Of a stretch of DNA of 64,000 nt, positions 27,633 through 36,427 are shown one piece after another (position 1 is the stretch's first letter; the number at the start of each line of letters is the position of its first letter). The translations under genes were made by a program, and so were the position numbers. Under the pieces are notes generated by a model that did not search any database, was not told the origin of the DNA, and saw nothing but the letters and a program-made list of their open reading frames with translations. Location: positions 18,611 through 82,610 of the forward strand of contig CAZUJW010000004.1 in NCBI GenBank assembly GCA_964620655.1, in the 5' to 3' direction. This DNA comes from an uncultured Christensenella sp. (GTDB lineage Bacteria; Bacillota; Clostridia; Christensenellales; DTU072).

Positions 27633-27661
27633 TTGATTTTTTTGCAATTTTTATATACAAT
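27633..27661 (+). promoter_or_regulatory. Candidate promoter for fhs
   Basis: TTGATT (27633-27638), 17-nt spacer, TACAAT (27656-27661). It lies about 30 nt upstream of the fhs ATG, with GGGAGA at 27681-27686. Confidence 0.5.
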
Positions 27662-27691
27662 GTTTTTATCACTTTCTTTCGGGAGAAAATC

Positions 27692-29335
27692 ATGCAAACG
27701 GATATAGAAATTGCTCGCGAAACCAAACTCATACCCATAAAGGCAGTCGCCGAAAAACTCGGACTTACCGAAGACGATTACGATTGTTACGGAAAGTACA
27801 AGGCGAAAATTAAAGTTAAACCAAAAAAACGCTCTTCTCACCTTATTCTCGTGACGGCGATGAATCCCACGCCTTTCGGCGAAGGGAAAACGACGGTAAG
27901 TATAGGACTTGCCGACGCGTTGAGTCTTCTCGGTAAAAAAACCTGCCTTGCTTTACGCGAACCGTCCTTAGGTCCGGTGTTCGGCATAAAAGGGGGAGCC
28001 TGCGGCGGCGGATACGCTCAGATAGCTCCGATGGAAGATATAAATCTTCATTTTAACGGCGATTTTCATGCGATAACTTACGCCAATGACCTCTTGTCCG
28101 CCCTTATCGACAACCACATTGCGCAAGGGAACGAACTTAATATAGACAAGGTGGTCTGGAAACGGTGTATCGACCTTAACGACAGAGCGTTAAGAAACGT
28201 GGAAGTAGGTCTTGGGGGAGAAAAAAACGGCGTTCCGAGGGAAGACGGTTTTACCATAACCGCGGCGAGCGAAGTCATGGCTATCCTTTGCCTTGCCACC
28301 GACTTAAAAGACCTTAAACGCCGCTTAGGCAATATCCTTATAGGTTACGACAAGTCGGGAAAAGAACTTTTCGCAAAGGACTTGGGGGCGGAAGAAAGTA
28401 TGACCATACTACTTAAAGACGCAATTTATCCCAATCTCGTTCAGACTCTCGAAGGTACTCCCGCGATAGTCCACGGCGGACCGTTCGCAAACATAGCCCA
28501 CGGTTGCAACACCGTTACGGCTACTACCGTCGCTATGGCGACAGCCGATTACGTCGTCACCGAAGCGGGTTTCGGCGCGGAACTCGGAGCGGAAAAGTTC
28601 TTCGATATTAAGTGCAGAAAAACAAAATTAAGCCCGGAAGCCACCGTTCTCGTAATTACTTTACGGAGCATAAAACACAACGCTTACGTTCCGTCCGACA
28701 AAATCACAGAACCGAATAAGGAAGCGATAATTAAAGGTTTCGGCAACGTAAAGCGACATATAAGTAACCTAAAACACGTTTTTAACCAAAACGTCGTCGT
28801 CGCCTTAAATCGTTTCCCGACAGACACGGAAGAAGAAATATCGTTAGTTAAAACCCTGTGCGAAAAAGAAAACGTAGCCTTTGCCGTAAGCAAAGGTTTT
28901 TCTAAAGGCGGCAAGGGAAACTTATCTCTCGCGGAAGCCGTACTCGGCGCGTTAAAAAAGACCGACCTTACATTAGCCTACTCCAACGACGTTACCGTAA
29001 AGGAAAAAATCGAAGCGGTAGCGAAGAGAGTTTACGGTGCGAAAGGGGTTACTTATTCCGAGCAAGCGGAAAAGGTTTTGTCTTCCCTTGACGGTAAGTA
29101 TGCCGGTTTTCCGGTGTGCATAGCGAAGACTCAATACTCATTCGGCGGCGACCCGACTCTTCTCGGCGCGCCCGAAGATTTTTATCTCGACGTAAAAGAC
29201 GTGCTTATAAGGAGCGGAGCGGAGTTTTTGGTAGTCGTGTGCGGCAGTATCCTTTTGATGCCGGGGTTAAGCAAAGTCCCGTGCGCGTTAAGAATGACTA
29301 TTTCCGACGACGGAACGATAAACGGTTTAATGTAA
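27692..29335 (+). CDS. fhs: Formate-tetrahydrofolate ligase
   Basis: The translation from ATG 27692 begins MQTDIEIARETKLIPIKAVAEKLGL and contains the nucleotide-binding PTPFGEGKTT motif. Length is 547 aa. GGGAGA lies 5 nt upstream. The longer ORF-track start at 27482 overlaps feoB and adds a non-homologous leader. Confidence 0.92.
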   Translation: MQTDIEIARETKLIPIKAVAEKLGLTEDDYDCYGKYKAKIKVKPKKRSSHLILVTAMNPTPFGEGKTTVSIGLADALSLLGKKTCLALREPSLGPVFGIKGGACGGGYAQIAPMEDINLHFNGDFHAITYANDLLSALIDNHIAQGNELNIDKVVWKRCIDLNDRALRNVEVGLGGEKNGVPREDGFTITAASEVMAILCLATDLKDLKRRLGNILIGYDKSGKELFAKDLGAEESMTILLKDAIYPNLVQTLEGTPAIVHGGPFANIAHGCNTVTATTVAMATADYVVTEAGFGAELGAEKFFDIKCRKTKLSPEATVLVITLRSIKHNAYVPSDKITEPNKEAIIKGFGNVKRHISNLKHVFNQNVVVALNRFPTDTEEEISLVKTLCEKENVAFAVSKGFSKGGKGNLSLAEAVLGALKKTDLTLAYSNDVTVKEKIEAVAKRVYGAKGVTYSEQAEKVLSSLDGKYAGFPVCIAKTQYSFGGDPTLLGAPEDFYLDVKDVLIRSGAEFLVVVCGSILLMPGLSKVPCALRMTISDDGTINGLM

Positions 29336-29336
29336 A

Positions 29337-30051
29337 ATGACGGATAAAGAAAGATTAAAATCTGCGATAGAAAACGGCGAATACGTCGTGTTTTTCGGCG
29401 GGGCGGGAGTGTCCACGGCAAGCGGTATCCCCGATTTCCGCGGGGCGAACGGAATTTTTACCGCGGGCAGGCGTTTTTCCGCCGAACAGATAGTAAGTTC
29501 GGGCTTTTTCTACGCTCACCCGAAAGAATTTTACGATTTTTTACAAGTCGAAAATGCTGTATCCGAACGCTTTGCCGAACAAAGCGCACCTCAAACTTGC
29601 CGAACTCGAACGTAAAGGCAAAGTCAAGGCGATAATAACCCAAAATATCGACGGACTACACCAAAAAGCGGGCAGTAAAAACGTAATAGAACTGCACGGA
29701 AGCGCACTGCGAAATTACTGTCAACGCTGCGGAAAAAGTTTCGACCTTAACTATATAGTCGACAGCGACGGAGTACCCCGTTGCGATAAGTGCGGAGAAA
29801 TTATAAAACCCGACGTCGTTCTTTACGGCGAGCAGCTCGACGAAACGGCACTCGAAAGGGCGTGGGAAGAAGTGGAAAAGTGCGACGTTCTCATAGTGGG
29901 CGGCACGAGTCTTTCGGTTTACCCCGCCGCTTCGTTCGTGTACGCCTTTAACGGAAAAACCTTAGTCGTCATTAACAAAACTCCCACGGGAGCGGACGAG
30001 CGGGCGTCTTTCGTTATTCGCGACGACATAGCCGAAGCGTTCGATTTTTAG
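29337..30051 (+). pseudogene. cobB: Sir2-family NAD-dependent protein deacylase, split by a +1 frameshift in a T6 run (or a homopolymer sequencing error)
   Basis: ORF 29337-29615 carries GAGVSTASGIPDFRG. ORF 29554-30051 carries ITQNIDGLHQKAG, the Zn-ribbon cysteines (CQRCG ... CDKCG) and VIGTSLSVYPA-like GGTSLSVYPAA. Removing one T from T6 (29537-29542) joins them as ...HPKEFYDFYKSKMLYPNALPNKAH..., the expected Sir2 sequence, giving about 237 aa. Confidence 0.8.
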
Positions 30052-30130
30052 CCGAAATTCAGAATTCCCGTCGTACGAATTTATAATAAATATTCGACCG
30101 TGCGTCGATTATCTCGGTTTATAGAAAAAG

Positions 30131-30159
30131 TTGACATATTCTTTTATATATTATATAAT
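30131..30159 (+). promoter_or_regulatory. Consensus sigma-A promoter upstream of greA-lysS
   Basis: TTGACA (30131-30136), 17-nt spacer, TATAAT (30154-30159). GGAGG at 30235-30239 precedes the greA ATG. Confidence 0.7.
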
Positions 30160-30245
30160 TTTACAGTTAGACGGACGCGTAACGAGCGTTTATCGACAAA
30201 GATTTAACACAAACGGCGGACGACCGCCGATATCGGAGGCAATAT

Positions 30246-30716
30246 ATGGCAGGAATTACCATCACAAAATCCAAATACGAAGAACTCGTAAACAAACTTT
30301 CTTATCTCGAAAACGAGAAGACCAAAGAAATATCCGACGCTCTTAACGTAGCGAGAGGCTTCGGCGATTTGAGCGAAAACGCGGAATATTCCGCCGCAAA
30401 AGACGCGCAGAACGCCAACGAAGCGGAAATCGCACGTCTTAAAGACACCATAAATCAGGCTATCGTTATTGACGAAAACGCCATTTCCACTCACAGCGTA
30501 TCCATCGGTACGAAAGTAAAAGTTCTCGACGTAGCAGAAAACGAAGAAATCGAATACAACATCGTATCCACGCTGGAAGTAAATTCCCGCGAAAACAAAA
30601 TAAGCGATAAGAGTCCTATCGGAAAAGCTCTCATAGGTCACGGCAAGGGAGAAACGGTAGTAGCCGCCACCCCGTGCGGAAACCTTTCCTTCAAAATTCT
30701 CGAAATATCCAAGTAA
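30246..30716 (+). CDS. greA: Transcription elongation factor GreA
   Basis: 156 aa. The N-terminal coiled-coil contains ARGFGDLSENAEYSAAKDAQ (Gre acidic-tip motif) and is followed by a C-terminal FKBP-like domain. Confidence 0.92.
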   Translation: MAGITITKSKYEELVNKLSYLENEKTKEISDALNVARGFGDLSENAEYSAAKDAQNANEAEIARLKDTINQAIVIDENAISTHSVSIGTKVKVLDVAENEEIEYNIVSTLEVNSRENKISDKSPIGKALIGHGKGETVVAATPCGNLSFKILEISK

Positions 30717-30728
30717 TCAGGAGAAATT

Positions 30729-32225
30729 ATGGCAGAAAACGTACAAAACAATCCGCAGACGCAAGAACTCGACCTTACCGAAGTAGTAGCAGTAAGACAT
30801 AAAAAGCTCGACGAACTGAGATTAAGCGGCAAAGACCCTTTCGAGATTACTAAATTTAACGTTGACGCAAAAGCGGCGGATATAGTAAACGATTACGCAA
30901 AATACGAAGGAAAGACCGTAACTATCGCGGGCAGAATGGTTTCACGCAGAATTATGGGTAAAGCAAGTTTTGCGCACCTTCTCGACTGCGGAACCACTAT
31001 TCAGTTCTATTGCAAACGCGACGAAATGGGCGAAGAAGAATACGCCGAGTTCAAAAAATGGGATTTAGGCGACATTCTCGGAATAGAAGGCGAAGTCTTC
31101 ACCACTCACACCGGCGAAGTCAGCGTAAAGGTTCATAAGGCTACTTTATTAAGCAAGTCCCTTTTACCCTTGCCCGAAAAGTACCACGGACTTAAAGACA
31201 CCGACCTTCGTTATCGTCAGCGTTACGTCGACCTTATCGCAAACCCCGAAGTTATGGACACCTTCAAAAAACGCAGTAAAATAATAAGCTGCATACGCCG
31301 TTTCCTTGACGAAAAGGGCTTTATCGAAGTGGAAACGCCTATTCTTAACAGTATTCCGTCGGGTGCAAGCGCAAGACCTTTCATTACCCACCACAATACT
31401 CTCGATATCGATATGTATCTGCGTATCGCGCCCGAACTTTACCTTAAACGTCTTATCGTAGGCGGTTTCGACAAAGTTTACGAAATAGGCAGACTTTTCC
31501 GTAACGAAGGTATGGACGTAAAGCACAACCCGGAATTTACCACGATAGAATTGTACCAGGCTTACGCCGACTACAACGATATGATGGATATAACCGAAGA
31601 CATGTACAAGTACTGCGCGAAAGAAGTTCTCGGAACTACTACCGTAAACTTCCAGGGCACCACGCTGGAACTCGGCGGAAAATGGCCCCGTCTTACTATG
31701 GTGGAAGCTGTCAGAAAATATACGGGTATCGACTTCGATACGATGGAAATGCCCGAAATTCTCGAAAAAGCGACGACTATCGGCGTAGAACTCGACAAAA
31801 ACGTAAGCTGGGGCAAAGCTCTTTACGAAGTGTTCGACCAAAAAATAGAAGAACACCTCGTTCAGCCCACCTTTATTATAGACTACCCCGTAGAAGTAAG
31901 TCCTTTGGCAAAACGCAAACCCTCCGACAAGCGTCTTACCGAAAGGTTTGAATTCTTTATGATTGCTTGCGAAATGGGCAACGCTTTCTCGGAGCTCAAC
32001 GATCCCATCGATCAACGCGGTCGTTTCGAACAGCAGGCTAAGGAAAGAGCGAACGGCGACGACGAAGCGCAGATGACCGACGACGATTTCGTCACCGCTC
32101 TGGAATACGGACTCCCCCCGACGGGCGGACTCGGTATCGGTATCGACAGAATGGTAATGCTCCTCACCGACAACTATTCCATAAGAGACGTGCTTCTCTT
32201 CCCGACGATGAAACCGAAAAAATAA
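30729..32225 (+). CDS. lysS: Lysine-tRNA ligase (class II)
   Basis: 498 aa. It has an OB-fold N-domain and class II motifs (FRNEG, ...[14 protein letters not shown]). It starts 12 nt after greA. Confidence 0.95.
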   Translation: MAENVQNNPQTQELDLTEVVAVRHKKLDELRLSGKDPFEITKFNVDAKAADIVNDYAKYEGKTVTIAGRMVSRRIMGKASFAHLLDCGTTIQFYCKRDEMGEEEYAEFKKWDLGDILGIEGEVFTTHTGEVSVKVHKATLLSKSLLPLPEKYHGLKDTDLRYRQRYVDLIANPEVMDTFKKRSKIISCIRRFLDEKGFIEVETPILNSIPSGASARPFITHHNTLDIDMYLRIAPELYLKRLIVGGFDKVYEIGRLFRNEGMDVKHNPEFTTIELYQAYADYNDMMDITEDMYKYCAKEVLGTTTVNFQGTTLELGGKWPRLTMVEAVRKYTGIDFDTMEMPEILEKATTIGVELDKNVSWGKALYEVFDQKIEEHLVQPTFIIDYPVEVSPLAKRKPSDKRLTERFEFFMIACEMGNAFSELNDPIDQRGRFEQQAKERANGDDEAQMTDDDFVTALEYGLPPTGGLGIGIDRMVMLLTDNYSIRDVLLFPTMKPKK

Positions 32226-32244
32226 TTTACGAAGCAGAAAACGG

Positions 32245-32276
32245 GCTTCTGCGAAATTCGCGGAAGCTTGTTTTTT
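32245..32276 (+). terminator. Rho-independent terminator after lysS
   Basis: The stem is gcttctgcg (32245-32253) paired with cgcggaagc (32259-32267): 9 bp with one G-U pair. The loop is aaatt, and ttgtttttt follows. Confidence 0.7.
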
Positions 32277-32336
32277 AAGAGAATAATAAAGATAAAATAA
32301 ACCCGATCTTAAAAAATCGGGTTGCGAGATAAAAAG

Positions 32337-32954
32337 ATGAAAGGTAAGTTTATTACGTTCGAAGGTTGCGAAGGGGTAGGTAAGTCCACCCAATTGCGAC
32401 TAATTAAAGAATATCTGGAAAAGACCAATCAGGACGTCGTGTTCACGAGAGAACCCGGCGGCACGCCCTTAGCCGAAAAGATAAGGGATATTATCCTTAC
32501 GGAAAATATGTGCGCGGAAACCGAAGCGGAACTTTTCGCCGCGGCTCGTTGCGACCATATCCGTAACCTTATTCTGCCCGCCCTTAACGACGGCAAGACG
32601 GTAATATGCGACAGGTTTGTGGACTCGTCGTTAGCGTACCAAGGTTACGGCAGAAATTTAGGATACGAAAGGGTGAAGGAAATTAACTTTTTCGCCTTCG
32701 AAAACTGTATGCCCGACGCGGTGGTTTTTCTCGATATGAACCCGCTCGAAAGTTGGCGAAGAAAAAAAGGCACCGTTATAGACAACGACAGGTTGGAAAG
32801 GGAAAAGGACGCTTTTCATCTGAAAGTTTACGAAGGGTTCAAAGAAATCAGGGAAAAAAGCGATAATTATCTGTCTATTATTCCCGACGTTGACAAGCAA
32901 GCCACTTTACAAAAAATTATTGAAGGGCTGAAAATAAGGGGGCTTATAAAATAA
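32337..32954 (+). CDS. tmk: Thymidylate kinase
   Basis: From ATG 32337 the translation begins MKGKFITFEGCEGVGKSTQ (P-loop) and also contains DRFVDSSLAYQG. The TTG at 32322 in the track is a less likely start. Confidence 0.9.
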   Translation: MKGKFITFEGCEGVGKSTQLRLIKEYLEKTNQDVVFTREPGGTPLAEKIRDIILTENMCAETEAELFAAARCDHIRNLILPALNDGKTVICDRFVDSSLAYQGYGRNLGYERVKEINFFAFENCMPDAVVFLDMNPLESWRRKKGTVIDNDRLEREKDAFHLKVYEGFKEIREKSDNYLSIIPDVDKQATLQKIIEGLKIRGLIK

Positions 32955-33919
32955 TGGCGGACATAGACGCTCTCATTTTAAGAAGAAACGCTTTCAAATC
33001 TTTCGCTTCCGACACAAAGTCCGAGTTAGGACACGCATATTTGTTGGTTTGCGAAGACGGACTTGCGAGAGAACGGCTTCTTACTCTGATGGCTAAAAGC
33101 GTTTTTTGTCCGAGCATATGCGGCGAGTGCGCGACTTGTAAAGGGATAGAAGACCGTTCCTACCTTGACGTGACTTTTTTCGACGGCGCAGACATGAAAG
33201 TACCCGACGTAACCGACCTTACGGAAACGGCTATGATAAAACCCGTCGTAGGCGACAGAAAGATTTATCTTATCGACAACGCCGACAAATTAAGTCCGCA
33301 GGCTCAGAATAAGATGTTAAAAACCTACGAAGAACCGCCCGCATACCTTACGATTATCCTTGCGTGTTCGTCGGAAAACGGTATCCTTACCACGATAAAA
33401 AGCCGCGCGAAAAAGCTGTATTTCGATAGTTTTACCGCGCGGGAAATAATAGATTATCTCACCGAAGACGGAGCGGACGCGAGAGAAGCGGACGTAGCCG
33501 CCGCCGTCAGCAACGGCAGTCTCGAACGTGCGGAAAAGTTCCTTCATTCGGAAACTTTCGCCGCTTTGTACGACGGTTGTTTTACGGTAATGAGCGAGCT
33601 TACTGCGAGCAATAAAGTCCCCGAACTCGTGTTCAGAGAAGAATTTAATAAAGAAAACGTACAGATATCTTTCGATATAATGGAAATAATCCTGTGCGAC
33701 GTAATGAAAATAAAATCGGGCAGCGGCTTGCCGTTACTTAACGACGGTCGCGAATACGACATTAAAAAAATCGCCGAAAAATACACGGCGCAAAGCGCGG
33801 CTATGGCTCTCGCCGCAATAAACGAGGGCAGAAAACTACTTAACAGCAATCTTTCTTCCGTCAGCGCGGCGGAAAGCGTACTGTTCAAAATTTTGGAGGC
33901 TAAATACAAATGGCAATAG
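32954..33919 (+). CDS. holB: DNA polymerase III delta-prime subunit
   Basis: 321 aa. It has a clamp-loader AAA+ pattern (HAYLLVCEDG in place of the P-loop, a CGECATC zinc module, and an IDNADKL Walker-B-like motif followed by QNKMLKTYEEPP). It sits in the conserved tmk-holB-yaaT order. Confidence 0.85.
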   Translation: MADIDALILRRNAFKSFASDTKSELGHAYLLVCEDGLARERLLTLMAKSVFCPSICGECATCKGIEDRSYLDVTFFDGADMKVPDVTDLTETAMIKPVVGDRKIYLIDNADKLSPQAQNKMLKTYEEPPAYLTIILACSSENGILTTIKSRAKKLYFDSFTAREIIDYLTEDGADAREADVAAAVSNGSLERAEKFLHSETFAALYDGCFTVMSELTASNKVPELVFREEFNKENVQISFDIMEIILCDVMKIKSGSGLPLLNDGREYDIKKIAEKYTAQSAAMALAAINEGRKLLNSNLSSVSAAESVLFKILEAKYKWQ

Positions 33920-34767
33920 TTGTGGGCGTAAAGTTCAAAAACTCGGGCAAAACCTACTATTTCGACCCTAATAATATAGCGTTTAAGGACGGTGACGGCG
34001 TAATTTGCGAAACCGCCCGCGGCGTGGAATACGGCGTAATATCCGCCGCAAACAAGGAAGTAGGCGAAAAAGAAATCGTAGCTCCGTTAAAACCAGTCAC
34101 GAGAAAAGCTACCGCCGAAGACGAAAAAAGGCAGAAAGAAAATCTCGGTAAACGCGAATACCTTATGAAAACCACGATGGAAAAGGTCGCGAAAAACAAG
34201 CTCGAAATGAAAATCGTTGACGCGGAATACACTTTCGACAGACAGAAAATAATAATCTATTTTACCGCCGAAGGAAGAGTAGACTTCCGCGAACTCGTCA
34301 AAGAGCTTGCGGGCGTATTCCACGTAAGAATAGAATTGCGACAGATATACGAACGGGACGACATAAAAATGCGCGGAGCTCTCGCCGCTTGCGGCAGACC
34401 CTGTTGCTGCACGACCTTTTTACAGGATTTCGAAAAAGTGTCCATAAAGATGGCGAAAGTACAAGGGCTGAGCCTTAATCCGCAAAAAATAAGCGGTTGC
34501 TGCGGAAAACTTATGTGCTGTCTCAAATACGAAAATCCTTACTATCAGGAAGTATTCAAGAAGATGCCCAAAATAAATTCCGTCGCCACCACTCCCGACG
34601 GTAAAGGCGTAGTTACGGGACACGATATGCTCCGGCAGGAAGTTAACGTAAAAATAACCGACAGCGACGGCACGCAAGAAGTAAGGACTTATCCTTTGGA
34701 TAAAATAAACTCCGCCTGCAAACAAAACGCCGACGAACTTACCGACGACCCCGAGGATAACGAATAA
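33910..34767 (+). CDS. ricT: PSP1-domain protein YaaT/RicT
   Basis: The translation begins MAIVVGVKFKNSGKTYYFDP and contains VICETARGVEYG and the Cys-rich CGRPCCC...CCGKLMCCLKYE segment typical of YaaT. It lies immediately after holB. Confidence 0.88.
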   Translation: MAIVVGVKFKNSGKTYYFDPNNIAFKDGDGVICETARGVEYGVISAANKEVGEKEIVAPLKPVTRKATAEDEKRQKENLGKREYLMKTTMEKVAKNKLEMKIVDAEYTFDRQKIIIYFTAEGRVDFRELVKELAGVFHVRIELRQIYERDDIKMRGALAACGRPCCCTTFLQDFEKVSIKMAKVQGLSLNPQKISGCCGKLMCCLKYENPYYQEVFKKMPKINSVATTPDGKGVVTGHDMLRQEVNVKITDSDGTQEVRTYPLDKINSACKQNADELTDDPEDNE

Positions 34768-35720
34768 TGAAAAAGAAAACGGCAGTCTTAATACTACTCT
34801 TAACAGCGTGCTGTATTATGCTCGCCGCTTGTTCTTCCCCCACCGTTAAAGAACCTACCGCAGAAGAAACACTTCTTACGCTTTTAGCGAATTTCGAAGA
34901 AACGAGCTGTTATAGCGTGAGCGGAAAAATAACGAAAAATAACGAAAATCCGACCGCAGTTTCTTTCGTAGCCGACCGTGAAAACAAGAAAATAGAGCTT
35001 GTTTCCGACGGAAAAACCTACGACTATTACGCGACGTATCTTATGGAAACCACGGACAAAACCGTCATAACGAAAATAAACACCACCTATGCTGAAACTT
35101 TACGGACGCTCGCTCCGTTCGTCCTTAATTCCTTTACTTACGACAAAAACTATCGCGGCGAAGTCTACAAGACCGACGGAAAAATAATCGTGACTTTCTT
35201 AAATAAAGGCGTTAAAAAATCTTTCGACTCGTCCCTGAATATCGACGGCGGCGTACTTACGATAGGCTATAAAGACGGCGTGATTACCGATTCCATTCTT
35301 ACGACAAGCCTTACCGAAAACGGAGTTACGGTACCCTTTTACGCAAGATACGAATACCAAACAGCCAACAGCGAAGATATAGGAAGCGTTCCTTTCGTCA
35401 CTCCGACCGACAGCCTTAATTACGCTTCGTACGCAATGAGTATCCTTAGCGAACGGTACGTCGGCAAGACTTTAAGAACGGTCGCAGGCAAAAAGGATAC
35501 GGGCGTATCCTTAAAGTCCGTTCCCGTAACGGCGGCTACAGTGTCGTCTGTCACAGCAATAACAAACGAAAATTATATTACCGTGGTAATAACTTACTCG
35601 GAAAAACAGATTATCCCCGGCTTATCTTCTTCCGTCGAATCTTTCAGAATTACGTTCGACGAAAACTACGTCGTAAACGGAATAGACATAAACGAAGGGA
35701 TACGATTTAATTTAGAATAA
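34767..35720 (+). CDS. Hypothetical lipoprotein
   Basis: The N-terminus MKKKTAVLILLLTACCIMLAACSS is a signal peptide plus lipobox. I recognise no family motif. Confidence 0.75.
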   Translation: MKKKTAVLILLLTACCIMLAACSSPTVKEPTAEETLLTLLANFEETSCYSVSGKITKNNENPTAVSFVADRENKKIELVSDGKTYDYYATYLMETTDKTVITKINTTYAETLRTLAPFVLNSFTYDKNYRGEVYKTDGKIIVTFLNKGVKKSFDSSLNIDGGVLTIGYKDGVITDSILTTSLTENGVTVPFYARYEYQTANSEDIGSVPFVTPTDSLNYASYAMSILSERYVGKTLRTVAGKKDTGVSLKSVPVTAATVSSVTAITNENYITVVITYSEKQIIPGLSSSVESFRITFDENYVVNGIDINEGIRFNLE

Positions 35721-35732
35721 AATACGCAAAAA

Positions 35733-36149
35733 ATGAAAAGTTATCGTAAAGTATTAACCGTAAATTTGCCGAAAAGACGCGCTTTTCTCAACATAACTTT
35801 CGACGTCGCGACAGCTGTAAAAGAGTCGGGGATAAAAGAAGGTTTCGTTCTCGTCAACGCCATGAACATAACTTCGAGCGTGTTTATCAACGACAACGAA
35901 TCGGGACTACTGTCCGACTTCGAGAAGTGGCTTGAAAAACTCGCCCCCGAAAAACCCTACTCCCGCTACGCCCACAACGGATACGAAGATAACGCCGACG
36001 CACACCTGAAGCGTACTGTTATGGGCAGAGAAGTAGTCGTGGCAATAACCGACGGCAAACTCGACTTCGGCACGTGGGAACAGATATTCTACGGCGAATT
36101 CGACGGAATGAGAAATAAACGGATTCTTATAAAGATTATAGGAGAATAA
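35733..36149 (+). CDS. yjbQ: YjbQ/UPF0047 family protein (secondary thiamine-phosphate synthase-like)
   Basis: 138 aa. It contains [54 protein letters not shown], a characteristic YjbQ signature. Confidence 0.85.
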   Translation: MKSYRKVLTVNLPKRRAFLNITFDVATAVKESGIKEGFVLVNAMNITSSVFINDNESGLLSDFEKWLEKLAPEKPYSRYAHNGYEDNADAHLKRTVMGREVVVAITDGKLDFGTWEQIFYGEFDGMRNKRILIKIIGE

Positions 36150-36365
36150 GGTTTAGCCTGTAAACGACGGATTTGCCACGGCGAAACCGCAAGGAGTGAA
36201 AATTAGCCGCGCCGACGGCTTGGCAATCGACTCCGTACGGTGGATTTTTTGCAGCCTTACGCCGTAATAAGAGGCTTTGCATAAACGCGGCGAGAAGAGT
36301 GGAGTGCCGAGTGTATGGTAGACGCCGGTTTCATAACCCTTTCCGCCACGATTTACATATTTTTA

Positions 36366-36395
36366 TTGACAGAGCGGAAAGATTACCGCTACAAT
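36366..36395 (+). promoter_or_regulatory. Candidate promoter for the surface-protein genes
   Basis: TTGACA (36366-36371), 18-nt spacer, TACAAT (36390-36395). AAGGAG at 36417-36422 precedes ATG 36428. Confidence 0.55.
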
Positions 36396-36427
36396 CTTAC
36401 TATAAGGAATACGCACAAGGAGTAAAT

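Noticed and set aside
27482-27691. N-terminal 70-codon extension of the fhs ORF as given in the track. Similar extensions occur at 36299-36427, 32322-32336, 54789-54800, 58258-58383 and 61352-61384.
   Set aside because: The extensions overlap upstream genes or lack an RBS, and they add non-homologous sequence. Internal ATGs with Shine-Dalgarno motifs give canonical N-termini.
31164-32393. 409-aa minus-strand ORF
   Set aside because: It is antisense to the unambiguous lysS gene and its sequence is junk-like. The same reasoning applies to 43267-44220 (antisense to the lipase), 54771-55688 (antisense to adh), 48060-48987 (antisense to nfeD/floA) and 58343-59231 (antisense to the coiled-coil gene).
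36150-36365. A possible riboswitch or sRNA in the 280-bp gap after yjbQ
   Set aside because: I could find only weak, short pairings (for example around ccgtacgg at about 36235) and no recognisable conserved riboswitch core. The evidence from sequence alone is insufficient.
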